DNA from: Candidatus Saccharimonadota bacterium
Lineage (GTDB): Bacteria > Patescibacteriota > Saccharimonadia > Saccharimonadales > Saccharimonadaceae
Assembly: GCA_028289065.1 (NCBI GenBank)
Contig: JAQGHA010000016.1
Location: 77,460 to 141,459, forward strand
Length of the DNA stretch: 64,000 bases
Direction of reading: 5' to 3'
Positions 48,816 through 58,497 of the stretch are shown in pieces (position 1 is the stretch's first letter; each line of letters starts with the position of its first letter). The notes beneath the pieces are model-generated. The model searched no databases, had not been told where the DNA came from, and worked only from the letters and a program-made list of their open reading frames with translations. Both the position numbers and the translations under genes were made by a program.

Positions 48816-50630
48816 ATGAGCAACGATGAACAACTACACGCCATGCGCCATAGCTTGGCCCACATCACTGCTAGCGCTGTTAAAAAGCTTTGGCCAGAGG
48901 CTAAATTTGGTGTTGGCCCGGTGGTAGATAACGGTTTTTATTACGATATTGATTTGGGTGAACTGAAGATATCTGAATCAGATTTTAAGCGGATTGAAAA
49001 AGAAATGCGCGGTATTGTGAATCAAGCCCAAGAATTTGAACACTTTGATATGCCAATCGACCAAGCGATTGATTGGGCCCGCCAAAATGGCCAACCGTAT
49101 AAGGAAGAGCTTTTGAATGATTTAAAGCGTTCCGGCACAACCATCGCTAAAGACCTCGACGTTAGCGAACTTGGTTTGGCAACTGACGGTGAATCAGCTG
49201 TTGAAACAGTATCATTCTATAAGAATGGTGACTTTGTTGACCTCTGTCGTGGCCCTCACGTTGCTAATACTAAAGACGTAGGTGCTTTTAAGTTGCAACG
49301 CGTGGCTGGTGCCTACTGGCGTGGTAAAGAGGGGAACCCTCAGATGCAACGCTTGTACGGAGTAGCTTTTGAAACCAAGGAAGAACTGGATGAATACCTG
49401 GTTCGTATGGAAGAAGCGAAACTTCGCGACCACCGTAAACTTGGTAAAGAACTCGACCTTTACACCGTATCGCCATTAGTTGGCCCTGGTTTGCCGCTAT
49501 TTACCCCACGTGGGACGGTTTTGCGTGACATTATGAGTACTTACTCTAACCAATTGCGGCAACGCTACGGTTTTCAGAAAGTATGGACTCCACACATTAC
49601 TAAGAAGGAGCTATACGAGACTTCTGGGCACTGGGCTAAGTTTGGCGATGAGTTATTTCTCGTTACTAGCCAAGAAACCAGCGACAATTTCGCCCTTAAG
49701 CCAATGAACTGCCCGCACCACACCCAAATTTACGCATCATCACCACGAAGCTATAAAGATATGCCGGTGCGATTCTTGGAAACAACTACTGATTACCGTG
49801 ATGAAAAGACCGGTGAACTCGGTGGCCTTAACCGCGTGCGTTCATTAACCCAAGATGATAGTCACGTATTTGCGCGCCCCGACCAAATTGAACAGGAAAT
49901 TAATAATTTGCTGGCATCCGCCCGTGAACTGTATGCAACGATTGATATGAAGCTGCGGGTGCGCCTTTCCTATCGTGACGGCGGAGAAGGCTACTTAGGT
50001 GATATCAGCCTCTGGGAGACAGCGCAAGCCCAATTAAAGCAAGCTGTACTGGCTAATGAGCTGGATTACTTTGAACAAGACGGCGAAGCGGCTTTTTATG
50101 GCCCAAAAATTGACTTCATGGCCACCGATGCGATTGGCCGCGAACACCAAGTTGCCACTGTGCAGCTGGACTTCGTGCAGCCGCAACGTTTCGGTTTAAC
50201 GTACACTGACGCCGAAGGTAACGCTGCCCAACCAGTCATGATTCACTGCGCCCTGCTTGGTTCAATTGAACGCTTCTTGAGTGTCTTTATTGAACACACC
50301 GCTGGTTGGTTCCCATTCTGGGCGGCCCCGGAACAATTACGTATTTTGACGATTAACGACACCGTATTAGATTACGTGGATGAGATTAAAGCGGTATTAA
50401 ATGAAACTGTTTTAATGCAACCAGTTCGTTTCAACGAAATTCGCTTTACCGTCGATGATCGCAACGAATCACTTGGTAAGAAAATCCGTGAAGCTGCCAA
50501 AAACAAGATTCCGGTACAGCTAATTGTTGGCCAACAGGATAAAGATGCTCGCGAAGTCAGCGTACGCACACAAAAGGGTGAAGAAAAAGTATCGCTTGAT
50601 ACCCTAGGCGAATACCTAAAGGCAATCTAA
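48816..50630 (+). CDS. thrS: Threonine--tRNA ligase (no N-terminal TGS domain)
   Basis: RHSLAH editing motif, DLCRGPH, RDHRKLG, KPMNCPHH, FYGPKIDF, GSIERF. Confidence 0.98.
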   Translation: MSNDEQLHAMRHSLAHITASAVKKLWPEAKFGVGPVVDNGFYYDIDLGELKISESDFKRIEKEMRGIVNQAQEFEHFDMPIDQAIDWARQNGQPYKEELLNDLKRSGTTIAKDLDVSELGLATDGESAVETVSFYKNGDFVDLCRGPHVANTKDVGAFKLQRVAGAYWRGKEGNPQMQRLYGVAFETKEELDEYLVRMEEAKLRDHRKLGKELDLYTVSPLVGPGLPLFTPRGTVLRDIMSTYSNQLRQRYGFQKVWTPHITKKELYETSGHWAKFGDELFLVTSQETSDNFALKPMNCPHHTQIYASSPRSYKDMPVRFLETTTDYRDEKTGELGGLNRVRSLTQDDSHVFARPDQIEQEINNLLASARELYATIDMKLRVRLSYRDGGEGYLGDISLWETAQAQLKQAVLANELDYFEQDGEAAFYGPKIDFMATDAIGREHQVATVQLDFVQPQRFGLTYTDAEGNAAQPVMIHCALLGSIERFLSVFIEHTAGWFPFWAAPEQLRILTINDTVLDYVDEIKAVLNETVLMQPVRFNEIRFTVDDRNESLGKKIREAAKNKIPVQLIVGQQDKDAREVSVRTQKGEEKVSLDTLGEYLKAI

Positions 50631-51227
50631 ATGCGAAGCTTGGTCATTGCGATTGATTGTGATGATGTACTCGTGGCTACCACGCCATACTTTATTAGTG
50701 CGTATAATAATGCCTTTGGTACGAAAGTATCGGTGGCACAGTCGCGTGACGAAAGTGAAGAAATTTGGGCTGCCTCTCGCGACCTTCGCTTAGAACGGCT
50801 TGATGAGCTTACGAAAACCGATGAATATTTCAAAATAGCGCCAACTTCTGAAGAAAGCGCAGTGCTGCAAGAGTTATCGAGTGACCATTCACTCCACTTA
50901 GTAACGGCGCGTCGGCGAGAGGAACACGAGCGAACGAAGCGTATGATCGACCGGGATTTACCGGGTGTATTCACTTCACTGGACTTTGGTGGAACAGATG
51001 GATCGAAAGGCGAAGTCTGTCAGCGTATTGGCGCTGATGTACTTATTGATGATAGTATTTATAACTTTGAAGATGCTCTGCAGCGAGGCATGACTAAGGC
51101 TGACATGATACTGTTCGGTGACTACCCGTGGAATACGGATATCCCAGAGTCGCTTGAAGGAATACGGCGTTGCCGAGATTGGGACGAAGTAAGAGAGGCG
51201 GTCTATGACATTGCCAACGCTGAATAA
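50631..51227 (+). CDS. HAD 5'(3')-deoxyribonucleotidase-like protein 1
   Basis: AIDCDDVL, LVTAR, LIDDS. Confidence 0.8.
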   Translation: MRSLVIAIDCDDVLVATTPYFISAYNNAFGTKVSVAQSRDESEEIWAASRDLRLERLDELTKTDEYFKIAPTSEESAVLQELSSDHSLHLVTARRREEHERTKRMIDRDLPGVFTSLDFGGTDGSKGEVCQRIGADVLIDDSIYNFEDALQRGMTKADMILFGDYPWNTDIPESLEGIRRCRDWDEVREAVYDIANAE

Positions 51228-51843
51228 ACGACCGAAAAATCGGCAGAAAATTGCCATCGACATTGATGATGTACTTGCTGATAATGCAACTGGTTTTGTT
51301 AACTTTAGCAATAAAACCTGGGGCACTACATTGCAACCAGAAGATTATCATGAGCATTGGATGGAACTTTGGAACGTTGATCTAGTGGAAGCTGAGCGCC
51401 GTGCGATTATACTCACTAACGCGTCAATTTTTAAAAACTATACGCATGATGAAGCAGCGCTGCCGGTTCTGAAGCGATTGAGCGCTGATTACGACTTATG
51501 TATTGTTACTTCGCGCCGAGAGCATACTCGGGATGATACGCTCGCCTGGATCCATCAACATTATGAAGGTTTATTTAACGATGAGACTATTCATTATGCG
51601 GGTATTTGGGACAAGGGGATTACGCTCAGCGGTCTTAGCCTAACAAAGGCGGATGTTATTGCGCAGCTCGATGCCGATTATTTAATTGACGACCAATTGA
51701 AACACTGCGAAGGTGTGGCCCAGACTGGGCGTAAAGCACTATTATTCGGTAATTATAAATGGAACCAAGTCGATGAGCTTCCGAGTGGTGTTACTCGTGT
51801 GAATGATTGGGCGGCAGTCGAGGAACATTTTTATGGTAAATAG
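51205..51843 (+). CDS. HAD 5'(3')-deoxyribonucleotidase-like protein 2
   Basis: AIDIDDVL, IVTSR, LIDDQ, YKWN. Confidence 0.82.
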   Translation: MTLPTLNKRPKNRQKIAIDIDDVLADNATGFVNFSNKTWGTTLQPEDYHEHWMELWNVDLVEAERRAIILTNASIFKNYTHDEAALPVLKRLSADYDLCIVTSRREHTRDDTLAWIHQHYEGLFNDETIHYAGIWDKGITLSGLSLTKADVIAQLDADYLIDDQLKHCEGVAQTGRKALLFGNYKWNQVDELPSGVTRVNDWAAVEEHFYGK

Positions 51844-52141
51844 TGAATTTAAAGCTAAGGTGGAAGAGCTCATGTCACAAGTACCAGCTGGTAAGGTAAC
51901 GACTTACGGTGACCTGGCTGCCTTAGCTGGCCACCCATATGCCGCCCGGATTGTAGGTGGTATGGCGCACTATGGAAACCAAGAATTACCTTGGCACCGG
52001 CTGGTTAATCGGTTCGGTGGCTTAGCGAGCGGGTACTACGGTGGGCGAGAGGTCCAACAGATACACTTAGAGGCAGAAGGCCATACCTGTACAAATTTTG
52101 TACTCAATAATTTCGAGGAAATCCGATGGCGACCCCTATAG
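51833..52141 (+). CDS. Alkyltransferase-like protein (MGMT family, Trp in place of catalytic Cys)
   Basis: GKVTTYGDLA, ARIVG, PWHRLVN. Confidence 0.88.
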   Translation: MVNSEFKAKVEELMSQVPAGKVTTYGDLAALAGHPYAARIVGGMAHYGNQELPWHRLVNRFGGLASGYYGGREVQQIHLEAEGHTCTNFVLNNFEEIRWRPL

Positions 52142-53028
52142 AATATTCTTCACAACACCACGGCGAAACAACCGAAGCTCCGTTGGTGGTTATTGTTGGT
52201 CCGACAGCAAGCGGCAAGTCTGCTTTAGCTATGGAGCTTGCTAAGGTCTTTAATGGTGAAATCATTTGTGCGGACTCACGCACAGTGTATAAAAACATGG
52301 ACATCGGCACTACCAAACCAAGTGCAGCAGACCAAGCTGCTGTGCCGCATTGGGGCCTTGATTTGGTTGAACCAGGTGAGGTTTTCACGGCTGCTGACTT
52401 CAAAAACTACGCGTTGTCGAAGGCTCAACAAATACGTGAACGCGGCCATGTTCCGTTCATAGTAGGGGGTACCGGCTTGTATGTAGATGGGGTTATTTTC
52501 GACTATGAATTCGGCCAACCCCAGCCAGAACTGCGAAAACAGCTGGAAGCGCTATCTTTAGAGGAGTTAAAAACCTATTGTGCTAACAACAACATTAGTC
52601 TGCCCGAGAACGAAAATAATCGTCGCTATGTCATTCGGGCGATTGAGCAGAAAAGCATCAACAGTAAGAGGTTACGTAGTCCTATTAACAACATAGTGCT
52701 AGTAGGAATTACAACAGATCGTATTGAACTACGACGACGAATCGCTACCCGAGCCGAACAACTATTTGAAAATGGCATGCTTGAAGAAGCTATAAAACTC
52801 GGTGAAAAATATGGCTGGGACAATGAAGCCATGACCGGAAATATTTATAAACTCGCCCGCAAATATGTTGATGGACAGCTGATGTTAGATGAAATAAAAC
52901 AGGCAAACGCAACCGCCGACTGGCGCCTCGCCAAACGACAACTCACCTGGCTCAAACGAAACCCATATATTAACTGGTTCACGCTTTCTGATGCCCATGA
53001 ATACATAAAAGCTGCGCTGAAAAGCTAA
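52126..53028 (+). CDS. miaA: tRNA dimethylallyltransferase
   Basis: GPTASGKS, ADSRTVY, MDIGT, VGGTGLY, AKRQLTW. Confidence 0.96.
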   Translation: MATPIEYSSQHHGETTEAPLVVIVGPTASGKSALAMELAKVFNGEIICADSRTVYKNMDIGTTKPSAADQAAVPHWGLDLVEPGEVFTAADFKNYALSKAQQIRERGHVPFIVGGTGLYVDGVIFDYEFGQPQPELRKQLEALSLEELKTYCANNNISLPENENNRRYVIRAIEQKSINSKRLRSPINNIVLVGITTDRIELRRRIATRAEQLFENGMLEEAIKLGEKYGWDNEAMTGNIYKLARKYVDGQLMLDEIKQANATADWRLAKRQLTWLKRNPYINWFTLSDAHEYIKAALKS

Positions 53029-53142
53029 CCTGGACACATTATTTCTGAACGGCCTCTGCAGCCCGAGTGAAATTGGGCGCAGAGGCCCCAATTGAACCCG
53101 GCACGAAGCCGCCTGAAGAAATGAGGTGAACAGGTTAGCTTT
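53021..53142. ncRNA. Unassigned 122-nt structured element
   Basis: Perfect 12-bp closing stem AAAGCTAACCTG/CAGGTTAGCTTT; inner GGCCTCTGC/GCAGAGGCC and GCCCG/TGGGC. Confidence 0.4.
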
Positions 53143-53199
53143 TCCTAGGAGCCGTATGGTATTATATGAGTAGTAAAAGTGAACAAGGAAATAGGGGAA

Positions 53200-53805
53200 A
53201 TGATAGATAAATTGTTCGGTTCCAAGACAAGGGTCAAGCTATTGCACCTATTCATGAACCATCCTGGACAACCTTTTTATGTCCGCGAAATTACCCGATT
53301 AATTGACGAACAAATTAACTCGGTCCGTCGCGAACTATCTAATATGCTGGAAGTAGGTATTATTACCAGCGATTCTGGTGATAACAAACTATATTACCAA
53401 GCTAACCAGCGCTACGAGTTCTATCGGCCACTCCGTGCCATCTTTGCGGGTGAATCAATGGGCTCTGAAGAAAAGTCAGCCGAAGCTAAAGCTACGGTGA
53501 ACCAAAACGAAGTCGATATTATTGCCGACATTCCATCGCTCCGCCTAGCTATCTTCTCAGGTGTACTCGTAAAAGGCTCAACCGCATCCGTCGATGTTAT
53601 CTTAGTTGGTAACGTTTCGGCCGCTAAAGCTAAGGCCGCAATTGCCATGGTTGAGAAACTAGAGGGTCGCGAACTTAATTACACCGTGTTACCATATGAT
53701 GAGTTCTATTACCGCCTGAGCGTTCGTGATAAATTTATTACTGAAGTTCTTGCCAGTAAACACAGTGTGGCCGTTGATAAAGATAATATTCTGAACGAGA
53801 AATAA
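53200..53805 (+). CDS. Winged-HTH protein with nucleotidyltransferase-like C-terminus
   Basis: LFGSKTRVKLL, YVREIT, NSVRRELSNM; C-terminal VDVILVG. Confidence 0.7.
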   Translation: MIDKLFGSKTRVKLLHLFMNHPGQPFYVREITRLIDEQINSVRRELSNMLEVGIITSDSGDNKLYYQANQRYEFYRPLRAIFAGESMGSEEKSAEAKATVNQNEVDIIADIPSLRLAIFSGVLVKGSTASVDVILVGNVSAAKAKAAIAMVEKLEGRELNYTVLPYDEFYYRLSVRDKFITEVLASKHSVAVDKDNILNEK

Positions 53806-53814
53806 GGAGAAACT

Positions 53815-54450
53815 ATGTTTGAAGTTGATTATAAAGGTGCTAATTGCGTGGTCATTTCCACCAAAAAGGGGACAATCGTCACCGACCCTAAGCTTTCGTT
53901 AGTTGGCCTAAAAGACGCTAACGTCAAAGACAGTATCGAATTATCTACTGAAGCTCGTTTTGCATTAAATGCTGACAACGCCCGACTGAATATCGAAGGT
54001 CCAGGTGAATACGGTGTCGCTGATTTTGATATTCACGGTATTGCCGCTCAACGCCACCTTGATAGCGAAGCTGACCCAAAGATCTCAACTATCTACCGTA
54101 TTGAAGCCGGCGAAATCCGAATTGCACTGTTAGGTAACATCTACGAAAAGCTTAGTGAAGCGCAACTAGAAGAAATTGGTGTGGTTGATGTACTTATTCT
54201 TCCAGTTGGCGGAAACGGCTATACCTTAGATGCAACCGGCGCCGCGACATTAACTCGCCAAATCGACCCGAAAATTGTCGTGCCAATCCATTACGCCGAA
54301 GCCGCCCTCAAATATGAAGTTCCTCAAGATGACCTTGAAACTTTCATCAAAGAACTTGGTGCACCTGTAGAAGAGGTTCCAAAGCTCAAATTCAAACAAG
54401 CCGCTGCGCTACCTGAAGCTCTGACGATTTACAAAATCGCCCGTGGCTAA
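53815..54450 (+). CDS. MBL-fold hydrolase-like protein (metal motif degenerate)
   Basis: GPGEYGV, DVLILPVGG, VVPIHY; no HxHxDH. Confidence 0.7.
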   Translation: MFEVDYKGANCVVISTKKGTIVTDPKLSLVGLKDANVKDSIELSTEARFALNADNARLNIEGPGEYGVADFDIHGIAAQRHLDSEADPKISTIYRIEAGEIRIALLGNIYEKLSEAQLEEIGVVDVLILPVGGNGYTLDATGAATLTRQIDPKIVVPIHYAEAALKYEVPQDDLETFIKELGAPVEEVPKLKFKQAAALPEALTIYKIARG

Positions 54451-54464
54451 GAGAGGATATTCCT

Positions 54465-54899
54465 ATGAAAATAGATATCGTAAAACTTCGACCGGATGCT
54501 GTGCTGCCTGAGTATCAAACCGCCGGTGCTGCGGGGGCAGACCTTCACGCCTGCATTGACGCACCAATTACACTTCAGCCTTTAGAGCGACGCATGATTC
54601 CTACTGGCCTTAGCATGGCAATTCCCCTCGGCTACGAGGTGCAAGTACGCGCTCGAAGTGGCATGAGTATTAAACATGGTATTACGATGGTTAACGGTAT
54701 TGGTACGATAGATGCTGATTACCGCGGTGAAGTAGGGGTATTAGCTATTAACCTCAGCCAAGAGGCTTTTACTATCGAACCCGGCATGCGCATTGCCCAA
54801 ATGGTAGTGGCTAAGTACGAAACAATCGGCTGGAATGAAGTAGACGTACTGGATGAAACCGACCGAGGAATCAGTGGCTACGGAAGTAGCGGTAGTTAA
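54465..54899 (+). CDS. dut: dUTP diphosphatase
   Basis: AGADL, RARSG, GTIDADYRGE, RIAQ, RGISGYGSSG. Confidence 0.97.
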   Translation: MKIDIVKLRPDAVLPEYQTAGAAGADLHACIDAPITLQPLERRMIPTGLSMAIPLGYEVQVRARSGMSIKHGITMVNGIGTIDADYRGEVGVLAINLSQEAFTIEPGMRIAQMVVAKYETIGWNEVDVLDETDRGISGYGSSGS

Positions 54900-54917
54900 G
54901 CTGAAATTTTCTCAAAT

Positions 54918-54946
54918 AAAAAACCGCTCATAACGAGCGGTTTTTT
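54918..54946. terminator. Bidirectional terminator
   Basis: AAAAAACCGCTC/GAGCGGTTTTTT. Confidence 0.85.
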
Positions 54947-54959
54947 AAGCGGTAAAGAG

Positions 54960-55178
54960 TTAGGCCGTTACAGTTTCACCCTTTTTAGGAAGAATACCCT
55001 TCTTCTTTAGCGTACGAATCGCATCTGTACTCAAAACCATAGTTACTTTTTGGCCTTCAAACATGAAGGTCTTTTTTTGTAGGTTTGGCTTGAAGACGCG
55101 ATTTGTGCGACGCAAAGAGAAGCTAACATTGTTGCCAAATTGCTTTCCTTTACCGGTGAGTTCGCATCGTGCTACCAT
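54960..55178 (-). CDS. rpmB: 50S ribosomal protein L28
   Basis: CELTGK, GNNVS, RVFKPNLQ. Confidence 0.96.
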   Translation of the reverse strand: MVARCELTGKGKQFGNNVSFSLRRTNRVFKPNLQKKTFMFEGQKVTMVLSTDAIRTLKKKGILPKKGETVTA

Positions 55179-55292
55179 AATATATTCCTTTTTCTCCTGT
55201 TTTACTCAGGACATTAAGTATCATTTTACCTTTTTTACCCTTTGAAGTCAAGAGCCCAGCAAGGTTAATTAATGAATGGTACAATAGACATA

Positions 55293-57608
55293 ATGACCAC
55301 TAAAATAGACACTTTCAACGAACTGCCAGTACGCGATTATTTCCAAACAATAATCGATGCTGTTGATGGCAATCAAGTAACAATTATCACCGCTGAAACC
55401 GGTGCTGGTAAGAGTACCCAAATTCCGCAATACTTAGCGGAACATGGCTATAACCGGGTAGTTGTTACCCAGCCACGCATTCTCGCAGCCCGTAACCTAG
55501 CGCAACGGGTTCGAGAGGAATGGTCGCTTCGCAATACTGAAGATGCTAGTGAAATTATTGGTTATCGTACTGCCCATGAACGTGACGATAGTGGGAATAC
55601 ACAAATTCTTTATTGTACCGATGGGCTACAACTGGTCCGTGAGATCACTGGCTCGGGCATAACTGAAAAACAAGTACTGGTATTAGACGAAGTGCACGAG
55701 TGGAACGAAAACATGGAAGTTTTAGTAGCCTGGGCGAAGAAACGTTGTGAAGAAGAGCCTCGTTTTAAGGTAGTCGTGATGAGCGCGACCATTGAAACCG
55801 AATCATTGGCAAATTACTTCGGCACCTCAGCAATTATTGATATACCTGGTCGCTACTTTGAAGTCACGAAACGCCGCGGTAAAGACGTTTTGGCTGAATT
55901 GTTTGCTCAAATTGAGCACCGTGGTAAAAACGTTTTAACATTCTTGCCAGGTAAGTCAGAAATCCAGAACGTTATGGAGGCTATCGAGAAGAAAGCCACC
56001 GCTGCCGGTGTAGTCGTGGTGCCTTTGCACAGCCAACTGGAAGCCGAGGATCAACAAAAAGCCTTTGCCAACTATCCAAAGGGTAAAATTATCTTAGCTA
56101 CTAATATTGCCCAGACCAGTGTGACGATTGATGACATTGATGTAGTGATTGATAGTGGCTTGGAGCGCCAAAGTGAAGTACGTAGCGGTGTAGAGGGTCT
56201 ATTTATTGCTCAAATCTCTCAAGCTGATAGCCTACAACGGGCCGGCCGGGCCGGTCGAACCCGACCTGGTGAGTATATTCTAGCTCAATACGACACTATG
56301 CCGTGCCTTGATTTCAAAGATCGCCCGGCGTATGCCATCCCAGAAATTATGCGTAAACACATCGACCGCCTGACCTTACGCCTGGCGAATGTCGGTATTG
56401 ATATTGAAACCCTCGATTTTTACCATGACCCCAGTAAACGGGCGATTCAACGGGCTAAAAAGACCTTAGTAGCGCTCGGCGCTTTAACGACAGCCGGGGA
56501 GGTGACCGAAATTGGCCGCCAAATGGAGCAATTCCCAGTGGAATCGAATTATGCCCGCATGCTAGTAGAGGCCAAACAATACCCGAAAGAGGTCCAGGCC
56601 AAGCTGGCGGCGATTATTGCCATTCAAGAAATTGGCGGTATCGTAAAGGGTGGAACCCGTTTTACCGGCTGGCGTAAGTATACCCGCCAGTTTAAATCTG
56701 ACCTTTTGGCCCAATACGACGTTTTCTTGGCACTGCCTAACATTGCCGAAGAGCAATACGAGGAATTAGGCATCATTAGCAAGAACGTCGATAAAGCCGA
56801 AGAGGTAATTGAGCGTTTAAACCGTGACTTGGCTCTGAATGATATTCCTTTAGTGGCCATTGAAGCTGCCGAGGAAGCCCCATTACTGCGTAGTATTACG
56901 GCTGGAGAAATAGACCAATTATGGGCGGCGGTTGATGACAAAGGCACGGTTGAACATATTTTTAGCGGCCAACAACGCGAGCTCTCTAGCAGCACCGTTG
57001 TTAAAAACCCTACGCTAGTAACGGGTACTCCCTTCGATTTGCAGGTACCGCTTCGCAGTGGCGGCTTAGAGACTCTTCACCTTGTAACAGGGGTCACCAT
57101 AGTAAATACCGACATGTTGTTGGAAATTTCACCACACTTATTTGAAAGCAAACGTGGCCGAACCCTCTATGACCCTCGGGTTGGAAGCATTGTTGACCGG
57201 CAGCAAGTGCGCTTTGGTAAGCGTGTTTTGGAAGGCGCCAGCGTGCCTCGCTTTGAAGATACCTCCGAAAACCGCAAGCTTTTTTCTCGCGAATATGCGC
57301 GTTGGGCCTATGACCAATTGGAAAAACAGCACCGCGAATTAGAGCGCTTCCATAAACGCGTGCCAATGGTGAGTTTGGAACGGGTCCAGCAGGACCTTCG
57401 GGCTCGGGCAGGGGAAATTGTATCCTTAGATCAGCTTTCGGGTGCTGATAAACAGCGCGTTCTGGCACTTTCGAAGCTAGAAACTTATTTTGGTGATGAA
57501 TTTATCTATAAACTTGGCAAGCCACGTCGTCAGCCTCGCCCAGAAGAGAAGCGCCGCCACGGGTGGGCGCCGAAACATAAACGAAAAGCTAAGAACGATA
57601 AATGGTAA
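55293..57608 (+). CDS. HrpA-like DEAH-box RNA helicase
   Basis: ETGAGKST, TQPRILAA, DEVH, MSAT, QRAGRAGR. Confidence 0.9.
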   Translation: MTTKIDTFNELPVRDYFQTIIDAVDGNQVTIITAETGAGKSTQIPQYLAEHGYNRVVVTQPRILAARNLAQRVREEWSLRNTEDASEIIGYRTAHERDDSGNTQILYCTDGLQLVREITGSGITEKQVLVLDEVHEWNENMEVLVAWAKKRCEEEPRFKVVVMSATIETESLANYFGTSAIIDIPGRYFEVTKRRGKDVLAELFAQIEHRGKNVLTFLPGKSEIQNVMEAIEKKATAAGVVVVPLHSQLEAEDQQKAFANYPKGKIILATNIAQTSVTIDDIDVVIDSGLERQSEVRSGVEGLFIAQISQADSLQRAGRAGRTRPGEYILAQYDTMPCLDFKDRPAYAIPEIMRKHIDRLTLRLANVGIDIETLDFYHDPSKRAIQRAKKTLVALGALTTAGEVTEIGRQMEQFPVESNYARMLVEAKQYPKEVQAKLAAIIAIQEIGGIVKGGTRFTGWRKYTRQFKSDLLAQYDVFLALPNIAEEQYEELGIISKNVDKAEEVIERLNRDLALNDIPLVAIEAAEEAPLLRSITAGEIDQLWAAVDDKGTVEHIFSGQQRELSSSTVVKNPTLVTGTPFDLQVPLRSGGLETLHLVTGVTIVNTDMLLEISPHLFESKRGRTLYDPRVGSIVDRQQVRFGKRVLEGASVPRFEDTSENRKLFSREYARWAYDQLEKQHRELERFHKRVPMVSLERVQQDLRARAGEIVSLDQLSGADKQRVLALSKLETYFGDEFIYKLGKPRRQPRPEEKRRHGWAPKHKRKAKNDKW

Positions 57609-57617
57609 TATAAAGTA

Positions 57618-58256
57618 ATGGACTTTGATATTATTCAGCTAGTTGTCGTTTTGGGGGTAATTTTACTCTCAATGACACTTCATGAAGCGATGCATGCCTT
57701 TGTAGCCTATTGGTTGGGGGATAACACCGCCAAGTTAGAGGGGCGTTTAACGCTCAACCCTATAAAACACATCGATCCGTTCCTGACGATTATTTTGCCG
57801 TTAGGGCTGTTCCTTATTGGGGGTCCAATATTCGGTGGTGCTAAGCCGGTTCCGTTCCGTCCCGACCAAGTAAGGGGTGGTGACTGGGGTGCGGCCTTAG
57901 TTGCCTTGGGTGGCCCGCTGACAAACTTACTTTTGGCGTTTATTGGTTTTGGCATATGGGTACTGTTGGGTACGCCGTCAGAGGGTATGCTTGCTTTTGT
58001 TTTGCCAACGTTCATAACTGTTAACCTTGGTTTCTTCATTTTCAATATACTTCCAATTCCACCCCTTGATGGATCACGGGTGTTGTATGCCTTAGCGCCC
58101 GAATTCGTTCGTACTGGTATGCGTTTCATTGAGCAGTACGGTATTATTTTGGTATTTGCTCTCGTTCTCTTGGCCGGCCCGGCTATCGGTACTTTTATGT
58201 CAGCCGGTATAAACTTCTTTATTGAAATTTTCACTACAATTTTCCGCGTTTCTTAA
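57618..58256 (+). CDS. Site-2 (M50) intramembrane metalloprotease
   Basis: HEAMH, GPLTN, NILPIPPLDG. Confidence 0.93.
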   Translation: MDFDIIQLVVVLGVILLSMTLHEAMHAFVAYWLGDNTAKLEGRLTLNPIKHIDPFLTIILPLGLFLIGGPIFGGAKPVPFRPDQVRGGDWGAALVALGGPLTNLLLAFIGFGIWVLLGTPSEGMLAFVLPTFITVNLGFFIFNILPIPPLDGSRVLYALAPEFVRTGMRFIEQYGIILVFALVLLAGPAIGTFMSAGINFFIEIFTTIFRVS

Positions 58257-58280
58257 GTATCGAACGAGTATAATAAGTAG

Positions 58281-58430
58281 TACCAGGTAAGACACCTAGG
58301 TGCACATGATTTTCCGATATCATAGATGAGGAAAGCCTAATGATTTAACTCTGCGGAGTTACTTTGCGGTTATCCACCTTGCATTTACGCGGGGAATATC
58401 ATCAGCATCTAGGCAGTCAGCCTGGTTTTA
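58281..58430 (+). ncRNA. Stand-alone structured ncRNA, candidate 6S RNA
   Basis: Own TATAAT 58269-74; nested stems ACCAGG/CCTGGT, CCTAGGTGC/GCATCTAGG, ATGAT.TTCC/GGAA.ATCAT; T-run at end. Confidence 0.5.
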
Positions 58431-58497
58431 TGTTGCCCAAAAATAAGCTCAGTTTATATGGTATAATCTAAGCATAAAAGAGATAAAACAAACACGT

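Noticed and set aside
58320-58345. SRP RNA assignment for the 58.3-kb or 53.0-kb structured elements
   Set aside because: Conserved helix-8 CAGG..GGAA..AGCAG motif not found
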